Positions 17,296 through 28,400 of a stretch of DNA of 64,000 nucleotides are shown piece by piece. Origin of the DNA: Orbicella franksi. Lineage: Eukaryota. The stretch spans positions 8,618,001 through 8,682,000 of the forward strand of contig OZ116704.1 in assembly GCA_964199315.1 (NCBI GenBank), written 5' to 3'. The translations under genes and the position numbers were made by a program. How positions within the stretch are numbered: the stretch's first letter is position 1; each line of letters begins with the position of its first letter. The notes beneath the pieces are model-generated. The model had not been told where the DNA came from and made no database searches. It was given only the letters and a program-made list of their open reading frames with translations.

Positions 17296-17721
17296 TTCAT
17301 CAAAATTTTTAAACCTGAAGGCTAGGTTTCTAGGTAAAACTGACAAGATCGACCATGCTTTTTTTTTTTTTCTGGCAAGCCTTACGTTTGTTAAACTCAT
17401 TAGAGATAATTACTACCTTACGTTAGCTCGACGAAATTTTTTCTTTGAGTAAATATTTTAGAAAGTTTTTCTCCTAGTTGTCAATCAATTTTCAAAGGGT
17501 TTTCAGCTGACAAAAACAATTAATGCTCAGGGTCCCGAGAAACTATATTTCATAGTTAAACTTTTAGTTGCCACGAGAGTTTGAATCATGTTCAGGGCGC
17601 TTGAATCTGCGAATATGCCATTAATACAAAAGTACAAATTTACATTTTGCGCCCGAAAGGCCCAAAGGTGAAATGCAGGCGGTGCCATCCTTTTGATAGT
17701 GCAGCTACTGCTCGTTCAAAA

Positions 17722-18135
17722 GGGCCTGTTTATAAGAGGAAAAAATGTCCCTGGCAGGAGAATGACCCTATTTCCCGGTGACCACAGGACATCTTTTAAC
17801 AAGAATTGATATGAAAACAGCTGTTCTCGCCTGCTGAGCCCAAAATTTGCCATTCCGGTTACGCGCATGCTCTATATGCCCCGAATTGTTCCTGCTACGC
17901 AAGTCCAACTGATACTTTAAGTGGTGACAGAAGAAGAGATGGCTTGCCTCCCTCCTTCCCCCCGCCCCCCACAGGGTCACTCTGGTTACTCTGGTACCCG
18001 AGCTTACTTTCTGATTTGTCATGTGAACAATTCTGACCGATCCTGCTTCTCATAAAGAAGAGCGTGAAAAGCTCTCTTGGGTTGGTTCAGTTTAGAAGGT
18101 GACCCTGACCTGCCAGGGATAACTTTCTCCCTTAT
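17722..18135. mobile_element. Degenerate MITE
   Basis: Inverted ends ataagaggaaaaaatgtccctggcagg (~17732) and cctgccagggataactttctcccttat (~18109-18135). Confidence 0.5.
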
Positions 18136-21100
18136 TTTCGACTGTCAATCTTGTTTTCAATCAATATATCTTGTCAGAAGCTCTAGGAAGACAACGTCAA
18201 ACATAATTACAGTTGTAAGCTTGCCGTTTAATTAACTTTTTTAAACTATTCTGACGTAATAAAGATCTCTTAGTCGTTGTCATCACAGTTCTTCACAGAA
18301 ACCTAACCTGCAATGAAGACGATTTATCTTATCCCTGAACCGTGACCTTCAACAATTAGGAAAGTTGAACAAAAAAGCATCATTGTGGTAAGCTCTTAGT
18401 AACAAATAGTTCTTAGTAACAAATAGTTTCCCGGAATCATGCGCCTATTGGCTTAGCAAAAAACCATATCACCACATAACACATCAGGTTTACACAAAAA
18501 ATCGAACTATAGGCAAATGATCAACGGAAGAATATGAAATATCCACCGGCGTATATTTAAAGTTGTCATGTTACGATCCTGTTTTACTGTTGAATTATGT
18601 TCGTGAGAATTAGTTTTTTCTTTTTCGCTGCACGATTTTGGCTAAACAGGATCGCTTTCGCCATATTTTCTTCTCCATTTCTGCCTTGAAGTCCGTATAA
18701 ATCAGAATTACCGAATAACAACCAGCAGAATATCGCAAGATACCCTACAGGAAATTACAATTTATTTATATTTTCATAAATTTCATAAAGGTATACTCTA
18801 TACGAAATTTAGTACACTGATTCCAACGCATATTCATAGGTGACTTTTCTTTGATGTAGCGAAATATTACGAGGAGCACGAACTCCCACCTCGCCGACGC
18901 CCTTAAAGATAACTCGCAACTGCTCGTCGAAATTCGAGACAAAAAAGAAACTTGCAATAGTTTAAAAAGCTGTTCACCACTGCAAGCCAGCTACGTGGCG
19001 CTAAAGGAATATTTGTGTTAAGAATTATTTGAAATGGAAAGAGCGTTTAGAAAGAGCATTGTTTCAAGTGCGCCGGGTTCTATAGAAAGTGCCCTACAAG
19101 CATTGGTTATGACTTACAACACTGTCAGTACTGTCTTCATGTGATTCGGCGAACTATATACTAGTGGAAATTGCTATCTTATTTTCGGTGGCTGAACGCT
19201 ATCCAAACCCCTATTTGGAAATTCCAACTCGAAACTAGTAATCAAAACGACATCAAAATTCTTGTAGTTTAAGATCTGTAATTAGAGACTGCTTTTTTAT
19301 GGGAAAACAGGGTAAAAGTGTTTTTATACAAATGTTAACGACGGAACGGCATTTGTCTACAATAATTGATTACAGAAACAAAAAAAACAAAAAAAAGCAA
19401 ACATTTGGGAAACAATTTTGAATGTTATCGTTACAGACTTCTACTAAACAGCGTTTAGGAAGGACTTTTTAATTCATTGTTACCTTATCGTGTACATGTG
19501 CACGTTAGCTTCTTTCATTCCTAGCTTATTTTTCTGTTCTAGTTGGTACGCCCAGTTGCGTCCCATTTTTCTTTTTTATCGAGCACTTTAATGTTCTAAA
19601 TATCTTACATGTATGTAAACAAGCATATTTGAATTCCCTGCTTGACAGATAATTCGGGCTATTTGTTTCATGATGGGCAGAAGTGCTCCAAAATGGTTAT
19701 CTCTTGAAAAGTAATTATCACAACTGTCCAGAAAGTGGTTATTCACAACAAAGATTTTGTTGGCAGTTTCCGAAAATAGGCATTTCGGAGAACAAATGTT
19801 TGATTTCAAGTAACCTATAGCGATCTACTTTCTTAGGCGGCCTGTCGCGAGCAAACGATGGATGTCACATTAGCACTACTTCAATACAAGTTTACGTCTA
19901 TTACAAAAATTATTCATTTAAAACGTCCCTTAAATTTTGACAAGGCCTTTCCACAAATGTCATCAAAATTCATTTAAATATATTTCTGGAAATTCTCAAA
20001 CAATTGTCTAAATATCACAAACACATTTTCTTAATATCTCGAACAAACCTCTAAATATCCAATATTTTGTTGTAAAATGTTCTGATTTTGAATCGCTCGG
20101 ACCAAAATTTTCAAAATTGTCTTGCAGCCGTAGTAGGAGTAGAGCAAGAAGGTTCAGGCTCCTTGATGTTACCAGCATCCGCCATCTTGAAAAACTGCTG
20201 GTTTAGTGCTTAAGCTTTTATTGATATGAAATATATTTTTCAAGAGGGAAATCTCTTAGCTGGATTGTTTACGGCACAGAACTGGTTATTAGTTAGAAAA
20301 AATAGCAAGGAACACACAGGGCACGGCCAAAAAAGCTATAAATTTTCAGTTTCTTAATATCCCTAATTTTCTAAATATCTTAATATTTTCTAAATATCTA
20401 GGAAACATCTAAATATCTCAACGAATATCCGGATACTCGTGGAAACTCCTGATTTTGATGTAATGGTTTGCCCTATTTACGTTTTGTAAATATATTCTTT
20501 TATTCTTATAAGACTTGTTAGACATATAAGACATGTCCCTGCCATATTACCAACAAACTGAATAACCATGTATAAAAACACCTGCTTCTTTTATTCTTAA
20601 TTTTCTTTATCTTCCAGTCGATACTTGTATCAGTTCGATACTTTTCATAAATTAGGCAGTTACTTGAGAGATATACGTTTACACTGTGTTTTGTTTCCCT
20701 AGAGGGCATGTATTTGTTGTTGCCAATTTTGTGGCATTTTATTTGGTACAGCGCTGGTATGTAATCGTGCAATTTGACAATAATAGGTAGACGAATCGTT
20801 TTGTATTGATACTCCTCTCTCGCTCCTCCGATAGATGGATAGACACCTTTATTTAAAAGTAAAAATCTAAAGGTAAGAATTTTAGGGTAGTCCCTTCAGG
20901 GAGCTTACAAAGCATCTCTGCTATCAATAGCAGTCCGAAGCTATTACCTAACATAGATTACACAATAACAGGATATATACAAAAATAAAAACATAAATAT
21001 AGGAAATTATATTACAACAAATAGCAAAAGCCTATAACTACCATAGTAATATCTTCAAATTTATATACATTTACAGTATTTATTAAAAACCGTACTTCCA

Positions 21101-21972
21101 TGAATTTCGAAGCGTTTCTTCCCGTTAACTGGACACATTTCTTGTCGACAAACTTTAAGGGTTAAACACGACTTTCAGGCACGCTTTTTATCGCAATATA
21201 TTTTGAACAGAAGCGCTCGGTTTTGGTTCGAAATTATCAGCGCTACTGGGAATACTGTTTGCACAAAAGGCAAAAAGAAACGGGGAGCATTCTTATATTC
21301 GAGTTGCACGGAAGGAAAAGAACGGGACTGCAAGTGACAGTTAAGATGAATTTCTAAATTCAAAAATAAAACAGAGCGTAAAAACTAAAAAACACAAATA
21401 AAGAAATGTCTATCACTTCAGCAATACGTCAAGATAAAGAATTTTGTTCAGAAACGGTGAAATAAATGCTGTTGACACATAGACGACTCATCTCAAGCCC
21501 TTTCTCTCGCAATGAATTATTTCTATCGAAACACAGCAAAAAATAATTTCGAAATATTTTGATAATTGCAAAGCAGGCAAGGTTTGTCAATAGGTTTTGA
21601 CGTTGAAATTTTCCTCGTTGTTCGAGACAACTATTGTTGCCCCCCGACAACCGTTTAATCATTTCCAAAGTCGTTCACTGTAAATACTAAACAACGAATT
21701 TCCACGCCTTCGTTTTCGGAATTTACCGAAGCAAGTTTATCGGTTTTGTTACCACTGATAGTATGTGGAAACAAGGAAAACATTTTCTATTTCTAAATTG
21801 TTAAAACTTGGATCATTGGAGAATGCAATTCAAAAGTTCTCATTGGCTTAGCCATCATGTTATATGATCAATTGTACCATGCTCTAAAAATATGGTAAGT
21901 GCGCGCGTAACCTTTGGGGCGTTTTCAGTTTTATTTTACTATAGTTTCTATATTTTGGGTGCGTTTTTAATA

Positions 21973-22091
21973 AAACAATTATTTCATTCACGCTTGTTTG
22001 ATCTGAGATGATAAAAGCTAACTGGGCGCTACGCGCCTCATTGGCTATCTATCATCTCATATTCAATTTACGCGCGCGGAATAATTGTTAA
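21973..22091. repeat. Palindromic hairpin repeat
   Basis: aacaattatt...gatctgagatgata...ctatcatctcatattc...aataattgtt nested inverted arms. Confidence 0.7.
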
Positions 22092-22140
22092 ATATAAAGT
22101 ACTTTAAATTACAAGAACTGTACTACCGAGAAACTTCGTG

Positions 22141-22194
22141 TATAAAACAGACCGAGATATTTTCATGAGCTTCGCAAAGATTTCAGGTAAATTG
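22141..22194 (+). promoter_or_regulatory. Candidate TATA box and short first exon for gene B
   Basis: tataaaa at 22141. Donor-like cag|gtaaat (22186/7) and ttg|gtaagc (22194/5) lie ~220 nt upstream of the acceptor ttttgcattacag| at 22412. Motif evidence only. Confidence 0.3.
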
Positions 22195-22499
22195 GTAAGC
22201 AGCCGGCATAGAAGCAGAGCAACCATTGTATAACGTTGGAATGGCTTGCGCAATCGATCCAGAGAAACAAAACAAACAGTTTAAAAACAAGAATATAAGT
22301 TTAAAGACGACTTGCCTTAGTTTTATTAACAAAGTACTTAATTTTTTCTCGCAATGAAGAAAATTCATAAGATATTTTTTTAAAACCACTAAAGCCTTAT
22401 TTTGCATTACAGCCTGCCTGAAGATACAGTTGCATTTCAACTCCAGGACGCCAGACTATCACGCTTTCAGCGACAGACCGTGTAGGTGAGCTTAGCACC

Positions 22500-25400
22500 A
22501 TGTCTAGTGCTGGTGAGCTCGAAAGCTTACTGACGGAAAGCGTGACCACAACGGTCATTAAAGACGAGGAATCGGGTATTGCGTTGATAACGCAGACCAA
22601 TCATGAATGGGCAGAAGAATACCAAAGGCTGTTGCTCGAACATAAGCAGCTTCTGACCAGCTATGATGGCAGGGAGAGCAAGTACCAAGAATGTCAGAGA
22701 GAGAATGTTAAGATCCAGAGGCATATGGAGCTGTTAACTGAGAAGTACAATGTAGAGCGAGACAGCCTCACGCGGCAGAAAGAGGACGTTAACATTCAAA
22801 ACGAGAAGTTACGGGCAGAACTCCGTGAAAAGAGTATCAAGATCGGCGACCTGCAGAAGAGTTTGGTGGAACGTCAGAAGAGGGTCGACTCGCAGAAGGA
22901 GGAGCTTCTTGGCAAAGTCAAGCTGGTCGAGAAGTTGGAAACTGCCATCAACGATCTTCAAAACAAGACTATTCTAGAGCTTAAACAGAAGCTTAACAAG
23001 TCCGAAGCCACCCTGGAAGTCGTTCAGAAGAGAAGTAGCCAACTTTCCTTAGAACTCAATCAGGCTGACGACCAGTGCGAGGAATATGAACGGTCCATTG
23101 AGAAACTGCGCCAGGAGAAGATAGAACTTATGGAGAAGCTAGCCCGAGCCGAATACGACATCAGAATGGCCGTTGACGCGAGAAACAAGGCAGAGGAGAA
23201 GTTGTCGTCCTTAGTGGAAACAGAAAGATCGCTTCGAGACAAAAACAGCCAGTTTGAAGCGGATCTTCTTGCTGCACAATCAAAAATAAGAGATCTGGAA
23301 AATGAACTCAATAAGCGGCAGGCCGAAGCAGAGGAATCAGGTTACAACATCACTGTTGTACAAAGTGATGTGAACCTTCAGTCCGCTTCACCTGAAGTTT
23401 CCACGTTTGTCTCTTTAGGAGATGATGTGCTTAATAAAGAAAAGGAAACACTCAGGAAGAATGTTGAAGAGCTGGACGTTAAGGTCAAGCGATTTGAAGG
23501 TGAGAACTTCGATCTGAAGAGGAAACTCGATATGGTTTCTAAGGACGTCAACAAGTGGGAGAATAAGTATGAGGAGGAGATTAAGGAGAGGAACAAAATT
23601 ACCATTCAACTTGAAAATGAGAAGGGCAACTATGGGCGGCTTAAAAACGAGTATAATGAACTAAAAAGCAAGCTGGCTAAGGCAGAGAGGACAAATGAAC
23701 ACGACAAGAAGGAGATGATTAAAAAAGACGACATGATAAACGATCTGAAAGCAAAGATTGTCCAGCTGCAGCAAGACATCGATGCTCGAGAAGACACCAT
23801 TGCCAAGCTTGAAATGAAACTGGAGCAGCTGAATAGGGAAATGGAAAAGCTTTATGAGGACGTGTTGGAACACCAGAGGAAATATGGCGATCTTAACAGT
23901 GATCACAAAGTCAGTGAACAGGAGAAAGAATCTGTACAAAGGGATTTCCACCACGTGTCCATAAGAATTGGGGAGCTGGAGAGTAAGTCAAGAGAATCGG
24001 AGGACGAAAAGAAATACCTTCAAAAGGAGAACGCCGATCTCCGACAGAAGCTATTACGACTGGAAGACGAACTGGACACTACGTTCAAGGATAAGACAGT
24101 GTTTGAAAATCAGTTGCAAGAATGGTCTGACAAAAGTACCAAGGAACGCAAGATGGCCGAGAATTTGCGGAAGAGGTTTGCACAAGCTCAGGAAGAAGTG
24201 GAACAATACAAGAATGAGTTGATACAAGTGAACACCAAGATCGACGAGTTGGTTGAGAGATTGTCGGAACTTAACTCTCAGTACGATACTAGCCAAACAG
24301 ACCTTTTAAGTGCTCGGGCCGATTGCGAGTATAAAGATGACGAAATAAAGCGTTTGAAAAAGGATATTAACGACAAAGAAAATAACATCAGCAAGCTCGA
24401 AGTTCAGTTAGAGAAGGCAATAACAGAGAGGAACAATTCAGAGGTTGAACTTGCTGGCGTTCTTGAAAAGCTCCAACACGTGGAAATAAATCGAGTGGGT
24501 AACGAAGAACAGCTCACATCCGTAGACGTGACCTACTCGCACAGTCAGACACAAGAACTTCAAGGTGACTTGGCACCCCTCCGTCGAAGAATCTATGAAC
24601 TTGAAAACGAAAACAACAGATTGCAAACAATTGAGGAACATCTTCATAGCGACATCAAAGACAGTGAGAACAAGATAGCTTCATTGCAGAGGGATCTGAA
24701 TAGGGCCAATACAGAAAATGAACATTGGGAGAGAAAAACAGCTGATTTGGAGGATAAAATCAACATCCTGGAAAAGGAGGAAGATGATCTGAATAGGATC
24801 AGCACCGATCTTCAAGGACGAAAAGATGAACTGAACGTGGAAGTCGAGAAGCTGCAGAAGAAGGTGGAGACGCTAACTCTTGAGCGCGACAAGTTGAAGG
24901 AATATCTCAACGATTATAACTCGAAACTCACCCAGAGCAAACAAGAGCAAAACGACAAAAGTCTAGAATTCTCGGAACAGGTTAAAGTCAACACCACGCT
25001 TAAAATAATAGTAGAGAAACACGAAGCTACCTTGCAATCACTGACTCAAAGATGTAGAGAGCTGGAAGAAGAACTGGAACATTTGAGACCGGAATTAAGA
25101 ACTGCATTGGCCAGAAATGAAACACTGGAAGCGGAGAGCAAAGATCTGGATTTTCGTACCAAAGTACAGAAACAGACGATCGAAGACCTGCAAAAAGAAC
25201 TACGAGAAGAGATTAATAGCAAGGAGTTACACGAACAAGATTTAGACTCGTTGACCTACAAATTAACCGTGGCTGAGGGAAATAACAAGGCTCTGACCAA
25301 GCAAAGAAATGATTTGCAAAGTCAGATCGATGACTTGGAGACCAAACTGAGGAAAATCAAGCCAGAGCTTGAACAATGTCGTAACAAGCTAAAAGACAAA

Positions 25401-28400
25401 GATCGCATCATAAGTCGGTTGGATGCAGATGTGAAAGACAAGGATTTGCAGCTTAACGCCGCCAAACGAAAAATCAGCACTCTAGAGGACAATGTCACCT
25501 CCACAAGGAAAGAGTTAGAAGCCCAAAAGAGTGCAAACGAAATCAACCGTAATCGCGTACAAGAACTTCAAATTCAGCTTCAGGAGATGAGCAGTACAAC
25601 GCAGACAGCTGTGACGAACGTTTCTATCGTTCAGTCAGCACCACCACAAAGTTTCACAGAAGAACGTTCCCGCAGCACTTCAGACGAAAGGGTTCAGGAC
25701 TTAGAGATACTGCTAAAGAAGAGCGAGAGCCGGGAGAGTCAGTTGAGGGAAGAGCTGCAGCTCCTTGAGGACCGCCTTCCAAAAGTAGAAGTTGACGCTA
25801 AGACAGCTCAAGGGAAAGTGAACGAGATTCAACGCAATGTCAATACGCTTCAGAAGAAGCTAGAAGAGGCCAGAAAAATGTTAGAAAGAAGTAACCATGA
25901 AAAAGATGCTGCCAAACAAGATTTGATGGAAGCTCGAACACAGCTGACACTTTTGGAAACCAAGGGCATGGCGGACGCGAATGAAATCTCATCCCTACAA
26001 AGTCAGCTGGACCAAGTCCACCAACGTCTCGAGGAGACTCATCAAAAGCTTCTTTCTCTTGACGAGGATCATGTACACCTTCGCCTGGAAAAAGATATCC
26101 ACGATAAAGAAAAAGAAAACTACAATGCAGCGGTTGGGAGATTGAAGGGTAAAAAGCTCGATCTGGAGAAGAGGGTCGAATTGCTGGAGTCCAGTTTGCA
26201 ATCAAGCAAACAAACATGCGACGCATTGAGAGAGGAGAAGTCAAAGGCTCAACAGGAACTCAACGAACTGCGACAGACAACTCTAGCCGACTTGAAGAAA
26301 AACCTTACCCGCATGCAAGGGGAGAGAGACCGTGCTTTGGAAGACTACAGGGCAACTATGTCGAACATAGAACACCTTGAAAATCAGTTAGCTGAGGCCG
26401 CGGTGAAACGAAAAGAGCTAGAGAGGGACAACGATAATCTTGATAACGAGACTCGGCATCTGAAGAACGAAATCGAAACAAATCGTACAAGGATTGAGGA
26501 ACTAGAGGACAAAAGCGACACATTAAATCTGCAGATCCAGCAATACGAAAAGGGTATAGATGAGTTGAGAGAAACAAGAAGCAGACTCGAAGATGAAGTT
26601 GCGGACCTTCAAGTTAAGTTGGCAGAGAAACAAGACGTCATTAATATTTCTTCTGTAAAAGTCTCCAGTGTAGAAACTACATATGCAGCAGCCCCTGGTT
26701 TTGAATTCGGTTCACAACAAGATACTTTCATGGACCTTACTAATGGAAAATTCGATCCCAAGGAGAAACTTAAACAAGTAGAAATGGAGTACAATGTTTC
26801 AAAAGAGCAGCTGAATGATTACAAAAACAAGCTGGGAGTCGCAGAAGAAAACAATTACACCTTGGAGTCAAACCTTAAAGATGCAGAAAATGACCTCAAG
26901 GATCTTGAAATGAAACTGCGAGAAACCGTAGAAGAGTTAAATTTGATGACTGATCAATATCAATCAGCGGGACGCGAACTCGAGCTCTTAAAAGAAGAAT
27001 TACAAGATGCACAGACCAAGTTAAGTACTGCTGAAGCACAGCAAATTACAGTAGTTGCCAAACTGGGAACAGTGCAGCAACAGCTAGATGCTACCCAGAA
27101 GGACCTGCTTGACAAGAATAGTATTGTTATCGAAAAACAACGCAAAATCAATGAGTTCTATGCTATCCTTGAGAGCGGCGACAAAGACTCTGATCGCTTG
27201 AAACAAGTTATTGAGGAGTTAAGAGAGGACATTGACGTGAAAGACAGAGAGAACGCAAAGTTACAGAAATATCTTCGTGTAACTGAAGAAAATGTTGCTA
27301 AACTCCAAGTGACCTTGGAAGAAATGGAAGCAAAGTTACACGATACCGAACATCAGAGAGAGGAATACAAAATGAAAGTCGATGGGTTTGAGGTAGAACT
27401 CGAAATGCGAGATAGAGCACTGGAAGAGGCACAACGTGAAGTAGATGACACCAGGGGCAAGTTTAAAACATCTAAGAAGGAAATTGTCACCATACGTAGT
27501 CAACTAAAGGAGGCCAATGCCAACTTAAAGGCCGCTGGTGACGGAAAGAGGATCCTTGAAGGACGAATTGCTGAGCTTCAGGCAGTTATTGACAAGTTAA
27601 GGAAAGAATTGTCAGCTGGGATTAATTCTAAGCCTGGAAATGGTAATGTACATGTAGATGACTTGAGGAAGAAGCTTCAAGAATACAGAGTAAAATTACA
27701 AGATTTCAACAACGAGAAAATGAAACTAGAGCTGGAACTTCGAGAAAAAGATGCAAAGATTACGCGTGATTCTGGTTCTTCGGATACATCACGCGAAGAG
27801 CAGGACCATCTTAAAGACGAAGTTATAAATTTACAAGCTACTCTTAAAGAAACGAAGAAGAATTACCAAAAAGGGCAGAAACTTTCAGAGGAACTCCAAC
27901 GCCGCTTGGTGTCAAAGGACAACGAAATCAAACGCTATGACGACAAAATTGCGAAATTACAGGAAGAAAAAGAAAAACTGAAGAAAGACTGTGCCAACCT
28001 TGAAAAGAAGAACTCTGATTTGAAGATCGAGTATGAGAAGCTTAAATATGAGAAAAGCAAATCAGAAAATGAATTATCTCTGTTGAAGAAGAAATTTCAG
28101 GCTCTGCAAAACCAACTGAACGTAGCGGATGTTTCCAAACACAACCAAGATTTTGTAACCAGAAAGAAGTATCAAGAGTTAGAAGGAAGCTGCCAGGATG
28201 CACTGCGAGAGAGGGAGAAGTCAAGGAGTGAAATGGCTGCTTACCGCACCAAGATGGCAAGTCTAGAAGCCGAGCTCAACGAACAAAAGAGCGCAAAGGA
28301 TATTTTGGAGGATGAGTTGCATCGTTTCAGGAACATCGAAACTGAGCTTAAGGCTAAGCTCCAAACATCGAGGGACAGGCATAAAGAAGACAAAGACAAG

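Noticed and set aside
18394-18427. Exact 17-bp tandem duplication tcttagtaacaaatagt
   Set aside because: Ordinary slippage duplication with no associated structure.
18600-18700. Minus-strand aaaatATGGCG start-like context (also caagATGGCG at ~20186)
   Set aside because: Short frames with no supportable splice partner or homology. The motif also matches YY1-type sites common in repeats.
20830-21175. Possible LINE 3' end on the minus strand
   Set aside because: Tail-like composition, but no convincing RT or C-terminal peptide motif in any frame.
22419-22421. Selenocysteine or readthrough TGA in the B leader
   Set aside because: The aligned codon in A is Arg, not Cys, and I could not recognise a SECIS downstream of B.
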